Shown here: positions 46,983 through 56,412 of the stretch, one piece after another
How positions within the stretch are numbered: the first letter of the stretch is position 1
How the letters are laid out: every line of letters begins with the position of its first letter
Assembly: GCA_965231015.1 (NCBI GenBank)
Contig: OZ246408.1
Span: 793,908-857,907 of the forward strand
Reading direction: 5' to 3'
DNA from: an uncultured Gammaproteobacteria bacterium
GTDB taxonomy: Bacteria > Patescibacteriota > Patescibacteriia > UBA9934 > CAZDDW01
Length of the DNA stretch: 64,000 nucleotides
The notes under the pieces: model-generated
What the model was told of the DNA's origin: nothing
What the model saw: only the letters and a program-made list of their open reading frames with translations
Databases searched by the model: none
Program-made: the position numbers and the translations under genes

Positions 46983-48464
46983 ATGGACCCTATCGCTCCA
47001 ACCTACGAAGACCTGGAACGAATCATCTTGGAAAATTATGAAGAGCCGAATTTAGAACTGGTTCGTAAAGCTTATGATTACGCGGCCGAGATTCATGGCG
47101 ACAGTAAAAGAGACAGTGGGCATCTTTACATCACGCACCCCATAGCCACCGCCTGCAAACTGGCTCAGATGAAACTTGGCATGACCGTGATTGCCGCTGG
47201 TCTTTTACATGACGTCATGGAAGACGGTGAAATTGAAAAACAAGAAATCTCTTCTAAGTTCGGTCAGGAAATTGCCGAACTCGTTGATGCAGAAACCAAA
47301 CTGCGTAAAGTATATTATCAGGGCGCGGAACGGTATATTGAAAACCTACGCCGCATGTTTTTAGCTATGGCCACGGATGTTCGTGTGGTCTTTATTAAAT
47401 TTGCTGACCGGTTGCACAATCTGAAAACTCTTTATGCCCGCCCTTTACACAAACAGATCCGAACCTCAACCGAAACCTTAGAAATTTATGCACCTATTGC
47501 CAGCCGATTGGGAATGGGAGAAATGAAGGGTGAACTGGAAGACACCGCCTTTGCCTATGCCCACCCGGATGACTACTTGCGAACACTGGAACTGTACGAA
47601 CAACATGTGTCTCCCCGAAAACCCGAGGTTAAACAAATCATTAATGATGCTCAAGAGCTGCTAAGTGCACATAACATTATTCCAGTTTCCGTACACGGCC
47701 GCGCGAAACGCATCTATTCCCTTTATAAAAAGCTACAACGTTACAATAATAATATTGAAAAAATATACGACCTGGTGGCGGTACGAATTGTGGTTAACGA
47801 TGTAGCCGAGTGCTACACTTCACTTGGTATTTTGCATGGTAAATGGCGACCTTTACCGGGCAGGATCAAGGATTATATTTCCCAGCCAAAACCAAATGGA
47901 TATCAGTCGCTGCACACGACGGTCTTTTGTGCCGAGGGAAACATCATCGAGTTTCAGATTCGCACTGAAGAAATGCACGAACTGGCTGAATTTGGTGTGG
48001 CGGCACATTGGCGTTATGAAGAAACCGGCTCCAGAAAAAATAAAAATATCCAATGGATGGAAGAACTTTCCGCACTAAATAAAGAAATCAGCAGTCATAA
48101 GGATTATTTGGCCAAGTTGGAGGCCTTAAAAATTGATCTTTTCCGCGACCGAATTTTTGTCTTTACTCCCAAGGGTGACGTAATTGACCTTCCGGAAAAA
48201 GCCACCCCAATTGACTTTGCCTATTCCATTCACACAGAAATCGGCCATAAGGCCACTTCAGCCAGAATTAATGATAAGATTGCAAACTTGGATACAGAAC
48301 TTCGTTCCGGAGATATTTGTGAAATCATAGTTGATAAAAACCGGAAAGGGCCAAATCCGGACTGGTTGAAATATGCGAAAACCAACCAAGCCAGAAACAA
48401 AATAAAAGCAGCCACTAAGAAAACTGTCAAAGGATGGCTGCGTAATCTTACTAATCAAACTTAA
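46983..48464 (+). CDS. rel: Bifunctional (p)ppGpp synthetase/hydrolase Rel (HD + synthetase + TGS; no ACT domain)
   Basis: HD motif (HDVMED), synthetase (RAKRIYSLYKKL, GYQSLHTTV), TGS (IFVFTPKGDVIDLP). Confidence 0.9.
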   Translation: MDPIAPTYEDLERIILENYEEPNLELVRKAYDYAAEIHGDSKRDSGHLYITHPIATACKLAQMKLGMTVIAAGLLHDVMEDGEIEKQEISSKFGQEIAELVDAETKLRKVYYQGAERYIENLRRMFLAMATDVRVVFIKFADRLHNLKTLYARPLHKQIRTSTETLEIYAPIASRLGMGEMKGELEDTAFAYAHPDDYLRTLELYEQHVSPRKPEVKQIINDAQELLSAHNIIPVSVHGRAKRIYSLYKKLQRYNNNIEKIYDLVAVRIVVNDVAECYTSLGILHGKWRPLPGRIKDYISQPKPNGYQSLHTTVFCAEGNIIEFQIRTEEMHELAEFGVAAHWRYEETGSRKNKNIQWMEELSALNKEISSHKDYLAKLEALKIDLFRDRIFVFTPKGDVIDLPEKATPIDFAYSIHTEIGHKATSARINDKIANLDTELRSGDICEIIVDKNRKGPNPDWLKYAKTNQARNKIKAATKKTVKGWLRNLTNQT

Positions 48465-49330
48465 CCACGAAACTTTTCAATTAATTTTCGAAGGTCTTCC
48501 TTGGAATAAAAGTCTAATATAACTTTTCCCCGACCCTCACGCTCTTGAATCTTAACCTTCGTCCCTAAAGACTGTTCCAACTCCGTTTCTAAAGCCACCA
48601 AATTCGGATCTTGCCCGGTTTTTTTGCGAGCCCGCTTGGCGCTTCCGGCTCGTGCCTCCACCTGACGAACAGTCACCCCTCCTCCCAAGATTTTTTCAAA
48701 TAACTCCCGTCTCTTTTTCTCATCTTCTTCAGAAAGCAGACTGCGAGCGTGAGAACGTGAAATTTTTCCGCCAGCTAAAGCCTCTTGCATGTCACTAGAC
48801 AATTCAAGCAAACGCATGGTATTTGTGACTGCTGACCGACTCTTTCCGACCTGGTCAGCTATTTGTTTTTGAGTCAGACCAAACTCATCCCGTAGGGCCT
48901 TATAAGCCATCGCCTCTTCAACAGCATTCAAGTCTTGCCGTTGAATATTTTCAATCAAAGCCAGTTCCAACTTTTCCTGATCATTCACCGTACGCGAAAC
49001 AATGGGCACCCTTTCAAGTCCTAGTTCTTTGGCCGCTCGCAGACGACGTTCCCCAGCAATCAGCTCGTACTCGCCATCTTCACGAACCGATACTACTAAC
49101 GGTTGTAAAATCCCGTGTTTGCCAATTGATGAAACCAGGTCGTGTAAATCTTCGGTAACAAACTCCTTGCGAGGTTGGCGCGGATTATGACACACCCGCT
49201 CGATCGGCACCTCCAAAACTGTTCCTGGCTCTTTTACTTCTCCATCAGCCGGGGGCGCAATTACTTTTTCATCGTCTTTTTGTGGGATGAGCGAGGAAAG
49301 CCCACGCCCAAGTCCAGAATTTTTTGCCAT
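48461..49330 (-). CDS. parB: Chromosome partitioning protein ParB/Spo0J
   Basis: ParB box GERRLRAAK, HTH. Confidence 0.9.
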   Translation of the reverse strand: MAKNSGLGRGLSSLIPQKDDEKVIAPPADGEVKEPGTVLEVPIERVCHNPRQPRKEFVTEDLHDLVSSIGKHGILQPLVVSVREDGEYELIAGERRLRAAKELGLERVPIVSRTVNDQEKLELALIENIQRQDLNAVEEAMAYKALRDEFGLTQKQIADQVGKSRSAVTNTMRLLELSSDMQEALAGGKISRSHARSLLSEEDEKKRRELFEKILGGGVTVRQVEARAGSAKRARKKTGQDPNLVALETELEQSLGTKVKIQEREGRGKVILDFYSKEDLRKLIEKFRG

Positions 49331-49334
49331 ATAT

Positions 49335-50108
49335 TTATAGTAGACCGTCTTGTTTCATAATAAACTCGCGCGCCAAACGCTCGTAAGCTTTAGAGGCTTT
49401 CGAATTACGGTCATAGCCAATAATTGTTTTGCCAAATGATGGCGCCTCGGCCAGCCTTACACTACGTGGAATTACTGAACGAAAAATCCGGTTGGGAAAG
49501 TGTTGATACAATTCTTCAAGCACTTCACCGGAAAGCTTGGTTCGTGAATCAAACATGGTAATTACCGCTCCCATCACTTCTAGGTCCGGCTTAAGATTGT
49601 CTTTAACTAAACCAACAGTATTCAACAATTGCCCGAGCCCTTCTAAAGCAAAATACTCAGCCTGAACCGGAATCAAGACCGAATCGGCCGCGACCAATCC
49701 ATTCAAAGTCAATATTCCAAGAGACGGTGGATTATCAACGATCACAAAATCGTAATCATCACGCACGTCTGAAAGGGCCTTATGTAAAAACCATTCCCGA
49801 TTTTCTGAATCAACCAGTTCAATATTAGCCCCAGCTAAATTTCCATGCGCCGGCACTACTCTTAGTTGGTTGTGTTCGGTCGCATGAACCAAGTCTTGCA
49901 CCTTCATGTTGCCAATCATGCCCTCATAAATACTGGCTTCAAGCACCCGGTGGTCAATTCCGAGTCCGGAGGTGGCGTTGGCTTGAGGATCCAAATCAAT
50001 AAGCAAAACAAATTTACCGAGCTCGGCGAGCCAAGCGGATAGATTGAGCGCGGTTGTTGTTTTCCCCACACCACCTTTCTGATTTACGACCGAAATAATG
50101 TGTGCCAT
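49335..50108 (-). CDS. parA: Chromosome partitioning ATPase ParA/Soj
   Basis: Deviant Walker A KGGVGKTT. Confidence 0.9.
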   Translation of the reverse strand: MAHIISVVNQKGGVGKTTTALNLSAWLAELGKFVLLIDLDPQANATSGLGIDHRVLEASIYEGMIGNMKVQDLVHATEHNQLRVVPAHGNLAGANIELVDSENREWFLHKALSDVRDDYDFVIVDNPPSLGILTLNGLVAADSVLIPVQAEYFALEGLGQLLNTVGLVKDNLKPDLEVMGAVITMFDSRTKLSGEVLEELYQHFPNRIFRSVIPRSVRLAEAPSFGKTIIGYDRNSKASKAYERLAREFIMKQDGLL

Positions 50109-50193
50109 ATCTGGGGTTATTATACTAGTTTGACCTAAAAAAATCCAGCCATTTAACTGTGTAAAAAGAAACGACGCCCGGGCGAGAAGCTGC

Positions 50194-51045
50194 CTAGGCG
50201 TCAGGGTCGGACGATATTTTTGTTTTGGTGTACTGCTCGTCCATCTGGGCGATGATCGAACGCACCAAACTCAACGTGCTGGGGTGGAACCGCAACCGGT
50301 TGTTCTGATACGAAAGATGGGCCCACCTGGGAAACTCTCGGTTGGTCGAGGCCTGAAGCTTGGATTCCAGTCTCCCACCTTGGTCAAGCAGGTGCGCTAT
50401 TGTGCCAATGTTCGAAATGGGGGCATCCGTTTTCATGGAATTGCCCATCAGCGACACGATCGGCAACATGGCACCGCCACGCACGGCCATCCAGAACTGG
50501 GGCAAGGGCTTGCGTACGCCGATCCATCCGGATGAGTACTTTCGATCGAAGTAGTGACCGATATTGAAGTGGTTCAGGATGTTGGTCATGCGACTGGAAC
50601 TCGAATTTGTGGTCAAGGCGATCACAAACTCATCCCGCAGGATCATCAACTCATCCAAAGCTTGCTTCGTGTCACTGGTCAATTGGAACCGATTGGGGTT
50701 AGTCCCGGTGAAGATTCGGTGCACTTCGTTGGCTCTTTCACGGGCGTCCTTCTTGCCCAATTGAGGAGCCAAGCACTTGCCAACCTTGAGATTGATCTGC
50801 ATCCAGAACGGGACCAACTGCTTGGTGACCGATCTCTCGTTCTCATCTCGACGAATGCGGTTGAGGTAGGCAGGAAGTTCTTGAATACGAGGGTCACTCA
50901 TGGAAACCTCGTACACTTCCGCGTACACGGACTTGGTTGCCCAGTCAGGATCTGTGACCCCTTCCGGTACCCTGAGTTCAACCAGGGTTTTGAACAGGTC
51001 GACGCACACCACGCCGACCCTGCCATTCCTTGCTGGAACAGGCAT
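50194..51045 (-). CDS. Putative HAD-superfamily (haloacid-dehalogenase-like) hydrolase, divergent; GC-rich
   Basis: Motif I-like VVCVDLFKTLV (cf. L-2-HAD FDLYGTL), motif II ALTTNSS, motif IV-like GNSMKTD; start at the internal ATG (MPVPARNG) is uncertain. Confidence 0.45.
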   Translation of the reverse strand: MPVPARNGRVGVVCVDLFKTLVELRVPEGVTDPDWATKSVYAEVYEVSMSDPRIQELPAYLNRIRRDENERSVTKQLVPFWMQINLKVGKCLAPQLGKKDARERANEVHRIFTGTNPNRFQLTSDTKQALDELMILRDEFVIALTTNSSSSRMTNILNHFNIGHYFDRKYSSGWIGVRKPLPQFWMAVRGGAMLPIVSLMGNSMKTDAPISNIGTIAHLLDQGGRLESKLQASTNREFPRWAHLSYQNNRLRFHPSTLSLVRSIIAQMDEQYTKTKISSDPDA

Positions 51046-51300
51046 GGATACCTCCGGCGTAGTTTTGACAGTGCATCTTGCTGTTGGCCCCCGCTTTCCA
51101 GCCCGCACAAATGCGAGCAAAGCCTTTTACCAATTGTCTATTAACCTTCAATCTTTGAAAGTAAAAATAAAGAACCACTGTTTTTATACCAAAGCTAGCC
51201 AAAAAAGTCAATACATAGTACCTATTGACAAATTAGGTAAACTCGCCTTAAATGAATAAATGGACCTTATACCAGAAACCCAAAGAAGGGGGGCGGCACA

Positions 51301-52140
51301 TTGCCCGGTATTCAAATAGTGCGGGTCAGTAGCGGAGAAGAAGCAGCAAAGATTATCCTAAGCTCGCCAGATAATTGCTTGATTACAAGACCGGGAACGG
51401 ATCTTAATCAGTTGTTCAGAGTTCTTGAATTCATGGCCGCTGACTTCGACGGCACGACAATCCAGGGTGGGAGCCTTTGGAAAAAAACAGACCGACGTCT
51501 TCCTGAACATATCCGGAATGAGGTCAAGGAACAGTTTGCTCGTTATCACGAGGAGCAAGAGACCACAAGCCTTGACGTACCCATGAATCTGTTTCGCCAC
51601 ATTCGTTTCGCAGTCGAAAAGTATGTGGAGGCCGGGTTTGCCAAAAGTGACCTGCATGAAATTGCTGAAGAACTGGAAATACGTCCCGGCTTTCGCAGGC
51701 TTCATGCCCTCATGGAAAAAACTTGTATTGTTTCGGTTGGGTTTGCCGAAACGATTCAACATCTGGTCGAGCACCGCCACTTGCCCTGCGAGGTGATGGG
51801 AACCATGATCGCTTTTGACGACAACGGGTGCGCTTGCGGGTATAAATCAAACCAGATCATGGTTGACACCACCAAGGGTCATGCTGTTCTGGAATTCATG
51901 CTCCGACGCACCAAGAGCATGCACTTCAGGAAACTGCTCGTTATTGGTGACACTATCAATGACCGAGCCATGATGTTCCCAGGTGCGGTCAACATCTTGC
52001 TGGTTGATCCAACAGGTAAAGTGTTGCCGAACCGAGGACCCGGCTACATCAACACCATGTGGGACAACCTGACCTGTATCCTCTACCACGACAATTTCGA
52101 ACCTTTGGTCGAGCTCATCGAAAACGCTCGCCACACGTGA
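51301..52140 (+). CDS. HAD-superfamily hydrolase; GC-rich
   Basis: Motif I AADFDGTT, motif II SVGF, motif IV VIGDTINDRAMM; the track start is a TTG and the true start may be further in. Confidence 0.6.
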   Translation: MPGIQIVRVSSGEEAAKIILSSPDNCLITRPGTDLNQLFRVLEFMAADFDGTTIQGGSLWKKTDRRLPEHIRNEVKEQFARYHEEQETTSLDVPMNLFRHIRFAVEKYVEAGFAKSDLHEIAEELEIRPGFRRLHALMEKTCIVSVGFAETIQHLVEHRHLPCEVMGTMIAFDDNGCACGYKSNQIMVDTTKGHAVLEFMLRRTKSMHFRKLLVIGDTINDRAMMFPGAVNILLVDPTGKVLPNRGPGYINTMWDNLTCILYHDNFEPLVELIENARHT

Positions 52141-52154
52141 GACCTGCTCCAGGT

Positions 52155-52200
52155 CTCTTTTTCGTACAAAAAATCCCCTCGGATTAACGAGAGGGCTTTT
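52155..52200. repeat. Palindromic-element family copy (CTCTTTTTCGTAC + CCCTC-ggattaacga-GAGGG-CTTTT hairpin) immediately 3' of the HAD gene
   Basis: Shares the cTTTTTCGTAC core with 9966.. and 33834..; also probably serves as a terminator. Confidence 0.6.
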
Positions 52201-52296
52201 GGCCTGCCAACCGAAGACAGACAGAGTCCCCCTTCGCTAAAGCTTCGGGGACAACCAACCTTCGACCATAATCATCAATCAATTACAGGCGAAGGT

Positions 52297-52373
52297 TGGT
52301 TGCGGGAGCCGGATTTGAACCGGCGACCTTCGGGTTATGAGCCCGACGAGCTGCCTGACTGCTCTATCCCGCG
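52297..52373 (-). tRNA. Initiator tRNA-fMet (CAT)
   Basis: C1xA72 mismatch, three G-C pairs closing the anticodon stem (GGG/CCC), near-identity to E. coli tRNA-fMet over long stretches. Confidence 0.9.
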
Positions 52374-52453
52374 ATGTATGGTGCTTAGTCTAGCCAAACT
52401 TACCCAATCTGTCAAGGGTGGCCTGCCAGCCGTAGCTCCAACGGAGCGAAGGC

Positions 52454-52540
52454 TGGTGCCGGGAGAGGGACTCGAACCCTCACGGTATTGCTACCACGGG
52501 ATTTTGAGTCCCGCGCGTCTGCCAGTTCCGCCACCCCGGC
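52454..52540 (-). tRNA. tRNA-Leu (CAA)
   Basis: 87 nt, long variable arm, anticodon loop CTCAAAA, GCCGGGGTGGCGGAA 5' end. Confidence 0.9.
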
Positions 52541-52623
52541 TCTTGGTCATATTATGGTTTTGTGTGCGAAGATAATAGCACAGTCTTGCCAAATGATCAA
52601 GATTATGTTATATTTCAGCTCAC

Positions 52624-52700
52624 AAAATAGCTTGGCGGGGTAGCTCAGTCGGTTAGAGCGTGGGACTCATAAGCCCGAGGTCGTGGGTTCGATCCCCACC
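52624..52700 (+). tRNA. tRNA with CAT anticodon (elongator Met or lysidine-modified Ile2)
   Basis: Cloverleaf with GTAGCTCAGT D-arm, anticodon loop CTCATAA, encoded CCA; A31.G39 mismatch noted. Confidence 0.8.
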
Positions 52701-52705
52701 CCCGC

Positions 52706-52735
52706 TACCACAAAAATGTCCACTGTATTAGTGGA
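52706..52735 (+). terminator. Rho-independent terminator (GTCCAC-tgtatta-GTGGAC-GTTTTGTGTTT)
   Basis: 6-bp stem + T-rich tail. Confidence 0.55.
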
Positions 52736-52770
52736 CGTTTTGTGTTTATAAGAGTATAATTTTTACTATT

Positions 52771-53235
52771 ATGACACTCACCACTCACGCCACGGTTGGA
52801 ACTCTGATCGGTTATTCCATCGGCGACCCGGTCGCCGGTTTTGTCTTAGGACTAATTTCTCACCTTCTTCTTGACATGATTCCACATGGGGACCATGACA
52901 TGAACATTAACTTCAGAGTCAATAAAACCCGCATGAAGCGGATTTTTGCTTACGGAACCGTTGACGCCATTGCTGCAATATTCCTGGTTTTGATTATTAT
53001 CAACTGGAAAGATCTGGTTCCAATTAATACCATATCCTGGGCTATTGCCGGATCAATTCTTCCTGACCTGTTAATTGGTTTACACGACCTAACCAAATGG
53101 AAGTGGTTGGATTCGTTCAACAAATTACATTTTTATTTCCATGATTTCTTTGTAAAAAAACGCGGTGATGTTCGCCTGCGCTATTCCCTGATCGGCCAAG
53201 CTCTCTTAATCATCTTTTTGATTAATCTGCTCTAA
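52771..53235 (+). CDS. Membrane-embedded metal-dependent hydrolase-like protein (YdjM/DUF457-like)
   Basis: HLLLDMIPHGDHD His cluster, 4 hydrophobic segments; TATAAT 11 nt upstream. Confidence 0.5.
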   Translation: MTLTTHATVGTLIGYSIGDPVAGFVLGLISHLLLDMIPHGDHDMNINFRVNKTRMKRIFAYGTVDAIAAIFLVLIIINWKDLVPINTISWAIAGSILPDLLIGLHDLTKWKWLDSFNKLHFYFHDFFVKKRGDVRLRYSLIGQALLIIFLINLL

Positions 53236-54387
53236 GGTTCGTTCAGCGGTTTGTTCCCAGTTAAATTGTTTGGCTCGCTCCAGTCCGGCTAGGGCGATTT
53301 TTTTATTGTACTCAAGATCGATTAACTGTTCGAGGTGGGTGGCAATTTCTTGAGGTTCATCTGGATTTGCATAAAGTACAACTTCACCCCCAACTTCCGG
53401 GATTGAAGTCATTCTGGAAGTTATTACCGGCACCCCAATTCCCATGGCTTCAAGCACCGGCAGACCAAAACCTTCATAATAAGACGGATAGATAAAGGCC
53501 AGGGTGTTGGCCATTAAGGCCCATTTTTCATCACTTGAAACGTACCCCACATAACGCACCACATCAGTTCCGGCGTGCTCCTGCCATTTTTTATTAACCT
53601 TATCAATGGCAGCAAAAATTTTATCATGTTTCCATCCCATTTTCCCTGCTACCACCAAACGCAGATCCTTGGCTCGAGATGGGAAGCGATCTAAAAAATG
53701 ATCAAAACCAAGCACTGTGCCTTGAATATTTTTCCGCGGCTCCAAAGTACACAGGGTCAAATAATACTGTCCGGGCACACCCCACTTGTCCCGCATTTTT
53801 TCTGTCAATTCATGACGACAATCAAAGTGTCGCTCGGCTCCATGAAGAACAATGGCTGTTTTTTGTTCTGAACCAGGAAAAAATTTAGCTAAATCTTCTT
53901 TAGTAGCTTCACTTGGAACAATGATCCGATCCGCCTTGCTAATTTGGCGAGGCAGGAGCAATCGAGTAGAAATCATCCGACGATGCCAAGAAGAAGGAAA
54001 CCATTCCGGGTGAGCTAGAATTGCCAGGTCGTGGACAAAAATTACGGTCCGACCTTTATAACAAAGCGGTAACTCGTGGGTTGGAACAAATAATACATCA
54101 GGACGAACTCGGGCAATGGTTCTACCAATCAGGGCATGAGAGTAAACGAATGGCAAAAACTTTTTACATTTCAAACAAGGAAAATATTTTATTCGAACCC
54201 CTACTCGCGAACCAATTAACTCGTCAATCACTCCATGCGGAACTCCTCTATTTAAAAACAGAACATAATCGTTCTGCTGGTCTATGGCCAAGAGACCTTT
54301 AACAATCTCGAAAGTATAGTGTCCCACTCCGGCAGCCTCACCGGACGCGGGATTAAGAATACTTCGACAATCAATGGCAATTTTCAT
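53206..54387 (-). CDS. GT4-family (GT-B fold) glycosyltransferase
   Basis: EX7E motif YEGFGLPVLEAM. Confidence 0.85.
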   Translation of the reverse strand: MKIAIDCRSILNPASGEAAGVGHYTFEIVKGLLAIDQQNDYVLFLNRGVPHGVIDELIGSRVGVRIKYFPCLKCKKFLPFVYSHALIGRTIARVRPDVLFVPTHELPLCYKGRTVIFVHDLAILAHPEWFPSSWHRRMISTRLLLPRQISKADRIIVPSEATKEDLAKFFPGSEQKTAIVLHGAERHFDCRHELTEKMRDKWGVPGQYYLTLCTLEPRKNIQGTVLGFDHFLDRFPSRAKDLRLVVAGKMGWKHDKIFAAIDKVNKKWQEHAGTDVVRYVGYVSSDEKWALMANTLAFIYPSYYEGFGLPVLEAMGIGVPVITSRMTSIPEVGGEVVLYANPDEPQEIATHLEQLIDLEYNKKIALAGLERAKQFNWEQTAERTLEQINQKDD

Positions 54388-54388
54388 A

Positions 54389-54889
54389 TTATTTCATGCT
54401 TCCGATGACCCCTTCTGCACCAAGCGTTAAGGATAAGACAATAATCCCGGCCACCACCATGCCACCAAGAATGGCTGGCAGTGATTTTTTCGGGTCAATA
54501 TTAAAAACCACGGAAGCTACACTGGCCGTCCATACTCCGGTCAAAGGAAAAGGGACAGCGGTTAACAAAAACAGGGCAACCAATCCATATTTTTCATACT
54601 TTCCTCTGGTTACTCGATCCGTTCTTTTTTCCACCCGAGTGATTATTCGATGCGCCCACCGCCAGTGCCGATCAGCCCAATTACGCCCCCAATCCAAGCC
54701 ATACACAATCATCAAGGCCGGTATTGCGTTACCAAGACAAGAAACAAAAAAGGACTGCAAGGGTCGCAAACCAAATACCTCAATACCCACCGGAAGAGCC
54801 AGCCGCAACTCCCCTACCGGAATCATAGCCAAAAGACCGGTAGCTAAATCAGGTGGAAACTGAGCAATGAAATTTATTAAATTATTCAT
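54389..54889 (-). CDS. Small polytopic membrane protein (possibly small multidrug-export-like family)
   Basis: 4 TM helices; 1-nt spacing to the GT4 gene. Confidence 0.55.
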   Translation of the reverse strand: MNNLINFIAQFPPDLATGLLAMIPVGELRLALPVGIEVFGLRPLQSFFVSCLGNAIPALMIVYGLDWGRNWADRHWRWAHRIITRVEKRTDRVTRGKYEKYGLVALFLLTAVPFPLTGVWTASVASVVFNIDPKKSLPAILGGMVVAGIIVLSLTLGAEGVIGSMK

Positions 54890-55869
54890 AATTCATCCGG
54901 CCAAACATAAGTGTCATAGGCCCAAACAGCCAATCCTTTTACTTCTGCAAAACGAGACTCCAGACTGTCTGAGCCTAAAACAATCACATACAAATCATGC
55001 TTACTATTTTCTTGCACTCGAACAGCCAAACAATATCCGGCCGCCGGTAAATATCCGGTTTTGCCTCCGATGATTTTATACGGTTCTTCGTTAAGGAAAC
55101 TGGTGAGTAAATCGTCCGTGGTCGGAATAGTATAGTTGCGACCCGAGGTTGAGGTGAATTGAATTTCAGGCTTTGTAACTGCTCCATAAATTTCCGGCTC
55201 TTCAAGAACCGCTTCTAATAAACGGATAATATCGTGGGTGTTTGATCGATTGTCTTGACTTAGGCCGGTTGGGTCAGCAAAAGCTGATTCAGTCATCCCT
55301 AATTCCCCGGCCTTGTTGTTCATACCGGCCACAAAATCATCAAGGGAAAGACCGGTCAGGCGCACTAAAGCCATGGTGGCCGAATTATCCGAACCAATCA
55401 GACTCGCGTGCAATAAATCTCGCACCTTCACCTCATCGTTGATCACTAAGTAATCATGCCCACCAAGTCGAACATCGATGTCACGCACCGCTGCTTCAGC
55501 CTCAAGATCAAGCCCATTTTGCAAGGCAACATAGGCGGTCATTAATTTTGTAATACTGCCAATGGAGCGCACCTGCAGTGGATCTTTGGCGTAGAGTGTG
55601 GTCCCACTAGCCTTGTCAAACACAATAGCACTTTGTGCTGAAGTTACTATTCCTAAACTATTCATGCGTGTCTTGGTCGGAGCCACCGCAGTAATTTCGT
55701 GTACCGGAAGCTCATTATCAAGAACATGCCGGGTCAACTCAATCGATGATGGCACCCGTCCTCCGGCTATCGGTAATCCTGCATTTGCCTCAATTTGAGT
55801 AGCATCAACCGGCATGAAGTTTACCATGCTGGCCGTAAGAACAATTTGTAACAAAGCGCGGTAAATCAT
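54886..55869 (-). CDS. D-alanyl-D-alanine carboxypeptidase (peptidase S11, PBP5-like)
   Basis: SITK, SDN, KTG motifs. Confidence 0.85.
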   Translation of the reverse strand: MIYRALLQIVLTASMVNFMPVDATQIEANAGLPIAGGRVPSSIELTRHVLDNELPVHEITAVAPTKTRMNSLGIVTSAQSAIVFDKASGTTLYAKDPLQVRSIGSITKLMTAYVALQNGLDLEAEAAVRDIDVRLGGHDYLVINDEVKVRDLLHASLIGSDNSATMALVRLTGLSLDDFVAGMNNKAGELGMTESAFADPTGLSQDNRSNTHDIIRLLEAVLEEPEIYGAVTKPEIQFTSTSGRNYTIPTTDDLLTSFLNEEPYKIIGGKTGYLPAAGYCLAVRVQENSKHDLYVIVLGSDSLESRFAEVKGLAVWAYDTYVWPDEL

Positions 55870-55871
55870 AA

Positions 55872-56411
55872 TTATTCGGTTCCGTCCAAAACCTGTTCAA
55901 GGCTTTCATGGACTGATAATTCTTCAAAGTCCGGCAACTCCTCAACTGAACCAAGTCCCAGATGCCGAATAAAATCATTGGTAAGGGTATAGACCGGTTG
56001 AAGACGGGTGGCATCATCTCGCTGTTCAATAAGTCCTCTCATTAATAAATTACGGATTATCACAGAACAATTAATTCCGCGGATCTGTTCAATCTCGGGT
56101 TTGGTGATTGGCCCTCGGTAAGCAATAATAGTCAGGGTCTCAAGCGACGGTCTAGTCAGCTCGCCGGTTACCTCTTCTTTGGTCAGGCTTTCAGCCAGAT
56201 CACCATACTTCGAATTGCTAACCAGCTGATACTTGTTTTCGTTAACAATCAAACCTAGTCCGGATTCATCTTTTGTGTAACGTGCGGTCAATTGCTCAAG
56301 AGCCTGTTTCACTTCATCTGTTTCGGCTTCTACCAGTTTGGCCAGCTTATTAAGATCAATTGGCCGGGTTGCTAAAAATAAAACGGTTTCAATTTTTCCA
56401 ATCAGGGACAT
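55872..56411 (-). CDS. scpB: Segregation and condensation protein B
   Basis: Winged-helix ScpB motifs; ATG at 56411 (MSLIGKIETVLF). Confidence 0.85.
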   Translation of the reverse strand: MSLIGKIETVLFLATRPIDLNKLAKLVEAETDEVKQALEQLTARYTKDESGLGLIVNENKYQLVSNSKYGDLAESLTKEEVTGELTRPSLETLTIIAYRGPITKPEIEQIRGINCSVIIRNLLMRGLIEQRDDATRLQPVYTLTNDFIRHLGLGSVEELPDFEELSVHESLEQVLDGTE

Positions 56412-56412
56412 A

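Noticed and set aside
50554-51144. 196-aa plus-strand ORF in the GC-rich island
   Set aside because: Antisense to the minus-strand ORF that carries HAD-like motifs; GC-rich sequence produces open frames on both strands. Kept the minus call, acknowledging some uncertainty
3979-52200. Palindromic element family as integron attC sites
   Set aside because: No GTTRRRY/RYYYAAC core sites, no integrase gene, and the copies are dispersed rather than arrayed; kept as an unclassified element family
54396-54863. 155-aa plus-strand ORF
   Set aside because: Antisense to the polytopic membrane protein gene, which is in operon context with GT4 and dacA
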